A stretch of DNA of 32,000 bases from Desulfotalea psychrophila LSv54 (GCF_000025945.1 NC_006138.1:180001-212000), one strand, 5' to 3'; counted from the first letter of the stretch, positions 9,365 to 18,141 are shown. Notes: a model not told the origin generated them from the sequence alone. Translations and numbers: made by a program.

Positions 9365-9764
9365 GGCAGGCCCTGTCCTGATCATTAGCTCGGCTACGCC
9401 TTGTTTTTTTTTGGGAAGTACCTTCTCTTCAGCAACAATGCCTTTGCATGGTAGAGAAATGAGTTCACCGTTTTTTAGAATATTCTTGTAGTAAAGAATC
9501 TTATTCTCATTTTTTTCTTAAATGAATAAGTAAGCCAAACTGTAAGCAGCTGCAGGATCTCCCCTCCCTCCTCCCCCTTAAAAGTTGATGGCTTTTGCTC
9601 CAGAGATATCACAAACTTTTCTATCTTACGAATAGGCTTTGTTGTACCAGACATGTATCATAGGACTTTGCTGAAATAACTGAAGAGTTCAGGGAATGTC
9701 GGCACCTCTCAGGTGAAAGGTATCGTTCAGCCTCAGACATATATATTTAATTGGAGTGTTGAGT

Positions 9765-10124
9765 ATGGATCATAATTTTATCCAGGAAAAACTGCGTGTC
9801 TTTGCTCAAGAGCGTAATTGGGATCAGTTTCATAGTCCCAAAAATCTTGCCATGGCCCTGGCAGGCGAAGCAGGAGAACTCTTAGAAATTTTTCAATGGC
9901 TCACAGAAGATGAATCAAAAAAAGAAAATATCAAGGCGAAGGATAAGCAGTTGGCGGCAGAGGAGCTTGCCGATATACAACTCTACCTCCTGAGGATCGC
10001 TGATAAACTGGATATTAACCTCGAAGAGGCTACCTTCGCTAAATTAGAGAAAAATGCGGAGAAATATCCTATTAGTTTAGCAAAAGATAATGCCATCAAA
10101 TACAATCGGCGCGATGAAAGATGA
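9765..10124 (+). CDS. MazG-like nucleotide pyrophosphohydrolase (small all-alpha NTP-PPase)
   Basis: F..ER.W.QFHSPKNLAMALAGEAGELLEIFQWL ... EELADIQLYLLRIADKLDINL matches the MazG/YpjD-type EExxE/D pattern. The ATG at 9765 is 8 nt after GGAG. Confidence 0.8.
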   Translation: MDHNFIQEKLRVFAQERNWDQFHSPKNLAMALAGEAGELLEIFQWLTEDESKKENIKAKDKQLAAEELADIQLYLLRIADKLDINLEEATFAKLEKNAEKYPISLAKDNAIKYNRRDER

Positions 10125-10440
10125 TCTTATCTTGCAAGCTACGGTAAGCAAGGGCACGCCAGCATTAGAAGAATACTATTCCCACCCTGCTACCCTTGAG
10201 ACTACTCCGTCTCTTTCTGCTGTGGATTCAAAAGCTGGCAAACTGCCCCCCCCCTGAGCCTTTTAATAATTCTTACGAGAAGCGCAATGCCCCATGATAC
10301 CAAAGGGCAGATTAATGACTTAGGGGGGGGAATGCTCATATGGCCTGTTCAAAATGAGATAAGATCAGTTGGTTATAATTGTTGAGGCACAAAACATAAC
10401 CAACTGTTTTAGTTCCGGTTAAGGACCTTGTTATGCATGT

Positions 10441-11055
10441 TTATTTCACAGCCCTCACTACAATATTCTTTCTATCAAGTCTTGTTTCTAACAGGCTAAT
10501 ATTATTAGACACTGACTTTTTCAATATATCTTTATGAAAATCGGAGGCTCGTACTCCAAAATACACAGCAGTAACGCGCCCTTTAATTGGGTAGTATTCG
10601 TCCTGTCCGATGATTCTGTATTCATTTTCATACCTCCAATGCTCTGTTTTATATGATAGAACTTCATTAGGAGTTGCACCTGCAAGGATGGTTGTCCCAT
10701 GCTTTTTCAAGCCACTATCATAATTCACCTCTGTAACATCAGCCTCATAATCAGAAAACTCAATTTCTATTGCCACACCAGTATGTCCATTTGCATAGTG
10801 TGACCACATCCTTATGTCCTCAAGTGATTTTGATAAGCTACATATTTTCAGATCAGAGTTGAACGTTGGTAGATCATCAATGCTTTTATATTGCCTAACC
10901 CTCTTTTGGTTGCCCCGGGGACTAATTATTGTATAAAAAAGCCCCTCAAGAGGGTCATTTAGAGAATCATAACTAGAACAGTACAGTCTTTGGTTTAATA
11001 GAATATCTAAAACAAACTCTAAGTTATCTAATGATCTGAATTTGTAAAGTTTCAT
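10441..11055 (-). CDS. DUF2971-family protein
   Basis: N-terminus LYKFRSLDN......L.NQRLYCSSYDSLNDPLEG and the later MWSHYANGHTGVAIEF are typical of DUF2971. The gene is markedly AT-richer than its neighbours. Confidence 0.7.
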   Translation of the reverse strand: MKLYKFRSLDNLEFVLDILLNQRLYCSSYDSLNDPLEGLFYTIISPRGNQKRVRQYKSIDDLPTFNSDLKICSLSKSLEDIRMWSHYANGHTGVAIEIEFSDYEADVTEVNYDSGLKKHGTTILAGATPNEVLSYKTEHWRYENEYRIIGQDEYYPIKGRVTAVYFGVRASDFHKDILKKSVSNNISLLETRLDRKNIVVRAVK

Positions 11056-11670
11056 CTACGCCTCGTGATAAATGCATAACAAGTTATTATCCGGTTTCCT
11101 GATATCATCGCAAAACACAATTTGACAACGCTTTTTCATCCATGACACCCAGTTTTTAACTGGATATCTCCTACATAATCCAGATCCCTTCCAGCCTTAC
11201 CGATCAACTTACAGCACTCCAACCTAAACGCCCACGGCTACTCCCCCTTACAAAGGGGTGTATTGACGATCTCCAATCATCTTCCTACACTATTTCTTTG
11301 TTATGAGCAATGATTAAGGATTGTTAGATGTACGTGTTGGGGGCCTATGAGTGGTTATCGGAAATTCTGCAGAGCAACATTGGACAATGGCGAAAAAGAG
11401 AGGCACAGGCGCTAGCAGGATTGAAATATAGGAAAGAGTTGTGCTGGTGACAGCTTATTGAATGAGGCCAGCGTGGTGAAGAAAAGAGTATGGGAGCAAG
11501 CAGGGTGCTGTGCTGCAGGTAGAGATGCCGATAAAGCGCATGATTCTTCACACGGAGGAGACACAGGGCGCCCAAACGGTGTAGGCCGCTCACGGGGCCT
11601 CTCCGAGCTAACAGAACTGGCTTTTAAACTTTTGCTGCTTGCTGAAGGAGAGGGAATCTACAGAAGCGGG

Positions 11671-11884
11671 TATCTAGCTCCAGAGGAGATGAAACAGGGG
11701 ATTGGTGGCACAGGAGGGTGAAAATTCTTGTCTGCCCTTGAGTGGGGCGGGGATCGCTGCTCGAAACATTCCTTCAATCTGCTTACATAGTAGTTACACA
11801 GCCACATTGCCACATTGCCTACCAGTTCACAGGACAAAAAAAAAGGTCAATATCACTCAAAGAGTAATATTGACCTTTCTAATT
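11671..11884. repeat. Diverged copy ('arm A') of the sequence that follows the tRNA-Met 3' end; homologous to 24687-24873
   Basis: By-eye alignment shows long identical blocks (TATCTAGCTC.AGAGGAGATGAAACAGGGGATTGGTGGCACAGGAGG; GGGCGGGGATCGCTGCTCGAAACATT; AATCTGCTTACATAGT). Each copy ends in a different terminator hairpin next to the tRNA-derived core. Confidence 0.8.
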
Positions 11885-11935
11885 TGGTGGCGATACAGGG
11901 AATCGAACCCCGGACACTACGGATATGAGCCGTAT
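11885..11935 (-). repeat. Partial tRNA-Met copy (3' 51 nt): distal att core of the island
   Basis: 51/51 identity with 24874-24924 (CCA end back to the anticodon stem of the intact tRNA). Identity ends abruptly at ..GAGCCGTAT. Confidence 0.9.
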
Positions 11936-12108
11936 CGTATGCTGTTTTGATTAACATTGATTAATATTGATTTAACACCTAATTTCAGGTATAAATACAG
12001 AATCGACACATACAAATCAACATCTACAAATTGATTAATATTGACCAAATTTGCTTACATAGTGCTTACACAGTGCTTACACGGTGTCTAGCTCCAGAGG
12101 AACCGGCC

Positions 12109-13428
12109 ATGCCACGATTGACATTAAATAGAATTAGAAACGCTAAGCTCCCACCTAATAAAAAACAGATTTTTCTCTGGGATGAAGATGCCAAGGGCCT
12201 GGGGGTACGTATCACTGGAAGCGCAAAAGTGTTCATCTTCCAAAGTCGCATGCTGATGCCTGATAAAAATGGCATCCTGAAACCATCTACTTTCAGAATA
12301 AAGATAGGCGGATGTGATTCAGTCCTCCTGGAAGATGCACGCAATGTGGCCAGGCGTTATGCGGCACAAGTGGCCGAGGGGATAGATCCACGCCAAGCAC
12401 GTCAACGGACTGCTGAGAACGAAGCCACGGAGAGACAAGAAAGGAAACGACAAGATGTGACTATTGGCAAAGCATGGCCAACCTACATGGAAGAACGTCG
12501 CCCAAACTGGTCAACAAAATACTACTCCGACCATGAGCGCATTATCTCTCCAGGCGGCAAACAGAAAAAGAGAGGCAAAGGCCTGACTGTAGCGGGCCCC
12601 TTAGCCAGTATTGCCAACCTACCTCTTTCAAGTGTGACAGCCGATTCTATAAAAAAATGGTTGGCAGATGAACAGCCCAAGCGCCCGACAGAAACCAGAC
12701 GAGCTTTTGAAATGCTTCGAACCTTCCTGAATTGGTGCGAAGCTGACAAACGCTACCACGGCCTTGCTCCCCCTAATGCATGCTCTGCCAAAATCAAGAA
12801 AGACAACTTGACTAAAAAGAACTCACGGGACGACGCCCTGCAACGAGAGCAGCTTTCTGTCTGGTTTGCTTCAGTACGGCGCTATGAAAATAAAGTTCTA
12901 TCAGCATACGTCCAAATGCTCTTCCTTATAGGTGCCAGACGTGAGGAGCTGCTTTCACTTAAATGGTCTGACGTAGACTTCCGCTGGAAAAAAGTACACA
13001 TCCTTGGCAAAGGCGCTGTGCCGAGAGACCTTCCACTAACCCCATATGTTGCAGCCCTATTATCCAAACTGCCTCGACGTAATGAGTGGGTTTTTTCCTC
13101 AACGCGTGGGAAAGAAGGCCGCCTACAAAGCCCCACCAAAGCTTTTCAAAAGATGATGAGCAGGGCTGAGATTGACGACATTACTCTACATGGGTTACGC
13201 CGATCCTTCTCCACCTTGTCGGAGTGGTTGGAAACGCCGGTTGGGATCGTCTACCAGATCCAAGGGCACGAACCATCAGCCACAGCAGAAAAACATTACA
13301 AGAAGCGACCTGTTGACCTGCTCCGCAAATGGCACATCAAGATTGAAGCCTGGATATTGGAAGAGGCTGGAGTTGAAGTGCCTGGAGCGGATCAAGAAAC
13401 AGGTTTTCGATTAGTAAAAATCGTTTAA
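12109..13428 (+). CDS. int: Tyrosine site-specific integrase, P4-like (N-terminal DUF4102-type arm-binding domain)
   Basis: N-terminus LPPNKKQIFLWDEDAKGLGVRITGSAKVFIFQSR is DUF4102-like. The catalytic region has ..ARREELLSLKWSDVD.., HGLRRSF and a terminal ..EKHY. The ATG at 12109 is 7 nt after AGAGGA; the track's TTG at 12031 is unlikely. Confidence 0.9.
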   Translation: MPRLTLNRIRNAKLPPNKKQIFLWDEDAKGLGVRITGSAKVFIFQSRMLMPDKNGILKPSTFRIKIGGCDSVLLEDARNVARRYAAQVAEGIDPRQARQRTAENEATERQERKRQDVTIGKAWPTYMEERRPNWSTKYYSDHERIISPGGKQKKRGKGLTVAGPLASIANLPLSSVTADSIKKWLADEQPKRPTETRRAFEMLRTFLNWCEADKRYHGLAPPNACSAKIKKDNLTKKNSRDDALQREQLSVWFASVRRYENKVLSAYVQMLFLIGARREELLSLKWSDVDFRWKKVHILGKGAVPRDLPLTPYVAALLSKLPRRNEWVFSSTRGKEGRLQSPTKAFQKMMSRAEIDDITLHGLRRSFSTLSEWLETPVGIVYQIQGHEPSATAEKHYKKRPVDLLRKWHIKIEAWILEEAGVEVPGADQETGFRLVKIV

Positions 13429-13442
13429 GAGGAGATAGGGAT

Positions 13443-14132
13443 ATGAAGTGGATGCCCGTTGTTTCAGAGATTCCTTGGCCAGATGATAACGGAGAAGTGA
13501 TCGGTACGAGGAAGTATATAAGCTGTTATTTTGCTCATTTTTCCGATGATGAAGAGAAAAGGATCTTCAATATCTTAGAGAAATATCCGGTTAGTGAAGT
13601 CAACTTATTCACAAGTATGCTTGCCAAGATATGTACTGATTACGGCGTATTTTTAAAACAGAAAAGAGACCATCAAATACGGAAAGAGATCGACGATAAG
13701 CTCCCGATACTGGAAAAAGCGCACAGTCAGTTAAAATTGCTACAAAAACAAGGACTACCTATAGAACACATAAAATCAGTTCCAGGGGTTTGCCACAGTG
13801 AAGAAGAAAAATCACGACATTATGCTGACAAACATATCAACAAAAAGGCATACTGCGACCTCCCCGTGTGTGCCCGCCGCGCAGAGGAGGCACTGGAGTC
13901 TCTTCTAGGGGTACTGCGAGATCTTCAGCCCGATAAGCCTGGACGTGGCAGAGTAGAAACAGAAGGGGGGTTTGCGCAAGCTATTGCAGACGCTTTTGCA
14001 GAAGTATTCAATAAAAAACCATCGACATGGAGAGAAGGGGTTCTTAGCCAGATATTGGCAATTTGCCTCGAAGGGTTAGGAATTCCACACGAGAATCCAG
14101 AACGGCGCTTAAAAAACCTCGTACATAAATAG
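13443..14132 (+). CDS. Hypothetical protein (229 aa), island-encoded
   Basis: Clean ORF with GGAGATAGGG upstream, starting 14 nt after the int stop. No family recognised. Confidence 0.55.
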   Translation: MKWMPVVSEIPWPDDNGEVIGTRKYISCYFAHFSDDEEKRIFNILEKYPVSEVNLFTSMLAKICTDYGVFLKQKRDHQIRKEIDDKLPILEKAHSQLKLLQKQGLPIEHIKSVPGVCHSEEEKSRHYADKHINKKAYCDLPVCARRAEEALESLLGVLRDLQPDKPGRGRVETEGGFAQAIADAFAEVFNKKPSTWREGVLSQILAICLEGLGIPHENPERRLKNLVHK

Positions 14133-14242
14133 CCTTTTTTTCTTTATTAATGTCTCCTGTATTCCCCACTCATTGCAAGTAATCATACCTCATAACAATG
14201 GCAAATCGTGAATAACCACGAGCCAAAATTATGAGGTAAGCC

Positions 14243-14431
14243 ATGAAGAAAGCATCCTGCTCTAAGCAATTCATTACCACCAACAAATTTTCTGAAATCT
14301 TCGGAGTGAAACCTGATACAGTTCGCAGGAACCTTTGCACCAAAGGTCATTTCTTAGGTATGAAGCCATTAAAGCTGGCAAACGGGCGCTTACTTTGGCC
14401 AGCAATCACCCCCGATCAACTAAAAGGGTGA
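14243..14431 (+). CDS. Small helix-turn-helix DNA-binding protein (excisionase/AlpA-like candidate)
   Basis: 62 aa with GAGG RBS. The segment FITTNKFSEIFGVKPDTVRRNL...GRLLWP resembles the HTH of small island/prophage regulators. Its position between int and the replication genes fits this role. Confidence 0.5.
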   Translation: MKKASCSKQFITTNKFSEIFGVKPDTVRRNLCTKGHFLGMKPLKLANGRLLWPAITPDQLKG

Positions 14432-14435
14432 TTTC

Positions 14436-15353
14436 ATGAATACCAAAAGAAAAGCGGTCCCTCCCCAAAAGGTTGGCGCCATGGGAGAAACCGCTTCAAA
14501 TCAACAAGCCAAGTATAGTTCTTTTCCTGACAATCAGCAAGGACCGACCGACAATCCTGCAGCCAGTCAGCGGCAACGTATTTTTCCCCACCCGAAAGCA
14601 GACGAGCCGACGACAGACATTGCTTTCACAATCATCACCAACCACGACGGCCCACTGACAAAGACGATCCGGCCAGATGGCCAAGGCGGGATCATCAAGA
14701 AGCCTGCTGCAAATCTCGTCAGAGGTGTAACGAAAAGGGTTACCATGCCCTTTAGGAAGTTTGGCCCTTTTCTGCGGACATTGCAGAATAATCAGGCCCT
14801 CTGCCACGGCGTCAGTGATTATCCCCAAGCCAACATTACCTCAAGAGCCAAGTTTAACGGGGAGCCGGACACAATCACAAGGACATCGGAATATTTCCAC
14901 TATCCAACAGGTGCCGGTATCGGCATGTTCGACCACGACCCGAAACCTGGGCAGAAAACGTTGAGCGCAGATGAGTTGCTTGACATTATATATAGTGTCT
15001 GCCCTGATTTTCGCCGCCTGTCGACATGGTGGACGCCGTCAACGAGTTCCTGCATTTTTGATAACAACAAAAATGAGCTGACGGGAATTGGAGCCGGTTT
15101 CCACCTGTACTTCCCGTTTGAGCCTGCAGATAAATTACCGGAATTTGCTGACTGGCTGTCCAGGCAACTTTGGTTAGCAGGCCACGGCCACATCTTTATT
15201 AGCCGAACCGGTTCACTACTTACCCGGACCGTCTTCGATCTGACAGTTTTCTCCCCGGAACGATTGGATTTCGTAGCCGGGGCCGACTGTATTGACTGCA
15301 ATCAACGGTTGCCGGAACCTGTGTACCGCAAAGGATTGGAGGTGTGGGCATGA
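14436..15353 (+). CDS. Hypothetical protein with a weak AEP (primase-polymerase)-like motif pattern
   Basis: 305 aa. Ordered motifs GIGMFDHD (hhhDxD), GAGFHLYF (sxH) and ERLDFVAG (hD). The stop overlaps the helicase start (ATGA at 15350-15353). Confidence 0.4.
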   Translation: MNTKRKAVPPQKVGAMGETASNQQAKYSSFPDNQQGPTDNPAASQRQRIFPHPKADEPTTDIAFTIITNHDGPLTKTIRPDGQGGIIKKPAANLVRGVTKRVTMPFRKFGPFLRTLQNNQALCHGVSDYPQANITSRAKFNGEPDTITRTSEYFHYPTGAGIGMFDHDPKPGQKTLSADELLDIIYSVCPDFRRLSTWWTPSTSSCIFDNNKNELTGIGAGFHLYFPFEPADKLPEFADWLSRQLWLAGHGHIFISRTGSLLTRTVFDLTVFSPERLDFVAGADCIDCNQRLPEPVYRKGLEVWA

Positions 15354-17302
15354 TAGAGTTTACACCGCTAACTGAAGCGCAAAACATGCTGTATGAGGCC
15401 ACCGTTTCGGTTGCGAAAGAAGAAGTCCACGCGGAAGCTGACAGAATCAGACAACAGTACATGTCAGTTGAAGCTATCAAGCTGGCAGAGAAAACTGGTG
15501 TCGATGTTGAGCATGCTGAAGAGACTGTCCGCTTGCGATGTAACGGACACTTGAGCCCAGAGGATATCATTTATTTCCAGAACGGTAGCACGGCCACGGT
15601 GGAAGAAATGCTTGCGGACAGAAGCAAATATGACGGCACGCCCTGTGCTGACCCGCTTGAACGTGAAGAAGGGTTGAATCGGGCAATGTTCTACGCCAAC
15701 GCTGATACCGGCAAGCCACTCATCCACTCTTTCCTTCATGGTGGCCAGATACACCACTTGACCGGCCGACAGGAAGAGCCGGTGGAAGAACATGCACCAT
15801 CCTTTAGCGAACTGCTTGAACGCGCAGCTACCCTGAAGGCAGGAGATACAAAGGGCATGAAAGATATTCTCGAACTTGCGACAGCCCTAGACTCAATCGA
15901 GGAACAGGAACTTTTGCGCAAAATCAAGAAAAACACAGGGATGCCCCTGCAGGCCATGCGCTCGTACACACGCAAGGGTCAAGTGGATTCCAAGGATTTG
16001 GATCACCTCGATATCGCACGTAAGCTCCTGGAAGAGATCGGTAAAGAGAACGTACTGAACTGCGAGGATGGAGTTTTTATATGGCGAGAAAAAGGAGTAT
16101 GGGAGCCGATGAGAAAAGGCGAACTTAAGCACCGATTGCAGAAACTGATAGAGGGGAAGATGCGGGTTATGTCTCAGTGGGTTGTGGGGGCAACAGAGGT
16201 GTTCACAAATGACGTGTATCGGGCGAATCATGAATTCAATATTGGTGATCCGAATGTCATTAACTGCCTTAACGGGGAACTGCACCTAAATCACAAAACC
16301 GGTTCGTGGGAGCCGAAGTCTCATGATAAGCTGGCCTATCGGACTAGTCAGATTCCTGTCGAGTTTGACCCTACTGCAACTGCACCACGATTTAAACAGT
16401 TCTTGAATGAGATATTCGAAACTGATGAGGATAGCCAAGACAAGACAAGAGCGCTGCTGGAAATGTGTGGTTACACGATGGTGGCCCACTGCTCGTATGA
16501 ACTGTTCGTCATCCTTATAGGTACTGGCGCGAACGGTAAAAGCGTTTTTCTTTCGCTACTAGAGGCCATTGTCGGGCCGAAAAACACAGTAGGGGTTCAG
16601 CCAAGCCAGTTCGACAACCGGTTTCAGCGAGGGCACATGCGCCATAAACTCGCCAATATCGTGACGGAGATCAAGCAAGGCGAGGTCATTGCCGATGCAG
16701 AGCTAAAAGGGATTGTCTCAGGTGAACCGTCGACGGTCGAGAACAAATTCAAAGACCCTTTCACCATGCGGCCCCATGTAACGTGTTGGTTTGCGACAAA
16801 TCATATGCCACATACCCGTGACTTTTCGGAGGCGCTGTTCAGGCGCGCCTTGATCCTGAAATTCAACCGCGTCTTCTCAGACGAGGAAAAGAACCCGAAG
16901 CTCAAGGATGAATTGTTTGCAGAATTGCCAGGCATCCTGAATCTGGCTCTCCATGCTTACGCTAATGCTGTTTTGAATGGTTTTACAAAGCCTGACAGCA
17001 GTGAACAGGCGAAAGAAGAATGGCGACTTGAAGCAGATCAGGTTCAGCAGTTCGTTGAGGATTGCTGTGAAAAATCGCCTTACGAGGAAATTGAGTCTTC
17101 AACGCTATTCAGAGCATATCGATCATGGGCAGAGACGAACGGTATACGAAAAATGTTGAGCCAAAAGAGTTTCAGAGACAGGCTCACACGCCTTGGATTT
17201 GGCAGCAAACGGAATAAACAGGCTAGGCTTGTCACAGGGATTGCCATGGCCAACAATTTCCCTGGTAGTGCTGCCGATCTGTTGGGGGAACTTCTCTCTT
17301 GA
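15350..17302 (+). CDS. Phage/plasmid primase P4-family C-terminal domain / D5-like SF3 helicase
   Basis: Walker A ILIGTGANGKSVF, Walker B-like LANIVTEI and motif C WFATNHMP, followed by FRRALILKFNRVF. The ATG at 15350 is 7 nt after GGAGG. Confidence 0.85.
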   Translation: MIEFTPLTEAQNMLYEATVSVAKEEVHAEADRIRQQYMSVEAIKLAEKTGVDVEHAEETVRLRCNGHLSPEDIIYFQNGSTATVEEMLADRSKYDGTPCADPLEREEGLNRAMFYANADTGKPLIHSFLHGGQIHHLTGRQEEPVEEHAPSFSELLERAATLKAGDTKGMKDILELATALDSIEEQELLRKIKKNTGMPLQAMRSYTRKGQVDSKDLDHLDIARKLLEEIGKENVLNCEDGVFIWREKGVWEPMRKGELKHRLQKLIEGKMRVMSQWVVGATEVFTNDVYRANHEFNIGDPNVINCLNGELHLNHKTGSWEPKSHDKLAYRTSQIPVEFDPTATAPRFKQFLNEIFETDEDSQDKTRALLEMCGYTMVAHCSYELFVILIGTGANGKSVFLSLLEAIVGPKNTVGVQPSQFDNRFQRGHMRHKLANIVTEIKQGEVIADAELKGIVSGEPSTVENKFKDPFTMRPHVTCWFATNHMPHTRDFSEALFRRALILKFNRVFSDEEKNPKLKDELFAELPGILNLALHAYANAVLNGFTKPDSSEQAKEEWRLEADQVQQFVEDCCEKSPYEEIESSTLFRAYRSWAETNGIRKMLSQKSFRDRLTRLGFGSKRNKQARLVTGIAMANNFPGSAADLLGELLS

Positions 17303-17426
17303 TGAACGCGTATTGACTTCGTCATATAGACCTGGGTTACTGAAATGGTCCCCATTATTATACGACTGAGCTTTCCCACATTTGGGCATCAGCACCATTT
17401 CCCTTCCTATTTACGGGTGGGCACAT

Positions 17427-17590
17427 GGTGATGGGTGACGGGTGGTGACGGGTGGTGACGGGTTTTTCCACATTACCCAACTTTCAGAAAAAATAAAGTT
17501 CAGTAATTCAAAATCTTCTTTTTCTCATAAATATATCCATGTTATAAAAAGCGTCACCATCCGTCACCACATGGGAAGCATTCTCACCAC
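17427..17590. repeat. Iteron cluster flanking an AT-rich stretch: putative replication origin of the island
   Basis: GGTGATG GGTGACGGGT GGTGACGGGT GGTGACGGGT at 17427-17463. An AT-rich stretch of about 85 bp follows. Inverted copies GTCACCATCCGTCACCAC lie at 17553-17570, plus CTCACCAC at 17583-17590. Confidence 0.55.
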
Positions 17591-17828
17591 GACACATATA
17601 GAAAGCACAAAATGACATAAGAGTAAGGGGATATACAATACTATAGCCTGAGCTTCCCTACTCTCCTTTACTCACTTGTCCTGGTGGAAGGGGGGGGGTA
17701 AAAGTTTGGGGCTTAATTACCTAAGACCGGGATTGCCCTCTAACGTTAACACTAACTCTGAATAATCCACGACAACAACCTTCAGGAATCGTTGTGCGCG
17801 CGCGAGGCGAATTGAAGTTTTCCGGGTA

Positions 17829-18109
17829 GTGCTTGACGCCTCTTTATGGATTTTAAGCAAGGCCGAAGAAAAGCACAGGACCCCCCATCAAAGGTCACTG
17901 GCTGAAACGGCGATGTATCGCTACAAGCAGTTGATCAGCGACAAACTGAACCTTCGCGAATACAACGGCCAAACAGGTAAGTCAGCTTGCGTCCAAGGCT
18001 TTGAACAAAATCAATGCTTTCGGAATACCTGTTCGAGAGGTTTTTTAGTAAAATGGAATGGAGCAGAGAGGAACTGATTTTCTTCTCTCATGATTTATGC
18101 AACAAGGCC
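17829..18109 (+). mobile_element. IS5-family (IS903-like) remnant: frameshifted 3' end of the transposase gene plus the terminal inverted repeat
   Basis: The translated ..HQRSLAETAMYRYKQLISDKLNLREYNGQ.. matches the C-terminus of IS903-group transposases, and ALNKINAFGIPV continues in another frame. GATTTATGCAACAAGGCC (18092-18109) matches 16 of 18 positions of my recollection of the IS903 end (GATTTATTCAACAAAGCC). No 5' part of the IS is present. Confidence 0.75.
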
Positions 18110-18141
18110 CCAACCTACTCCAATTTCACCCTTACCAAGAT

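Noticed and set aside
10244-10330. C9 and G8 homopolymers, along with similar G9 (about 17693) and C9 (about 19320) tracts, as phase-variation switches.
   Set aside because: The 10244/10323 and 17693 tracts are intergenic with no adjacent start codon. The 19320 tract lies inside the 227-aa ORF, but there is no evidence of length variation. They are more relevant as likely sites of sequencing indels.
11345-11950. ORFs 11345-11593 (-), 11458-11721 (+) and 11702-11950 (+).
   Set aside because: They overlap each other, run through the att-arm repeat, the terminator hairpin and the partial tRNA copy, and have no RBS, so they are spurious. Only the short SD-preceded mini-ORF noted in the arm finding is even arguable.
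17829-18077. 82-aa ORF as a functional gene.
   Set aside because: It matches only the C-terminal tail of IS903-group transposases and changes frame before the natural end. It is annotated as an IS remnant instead.
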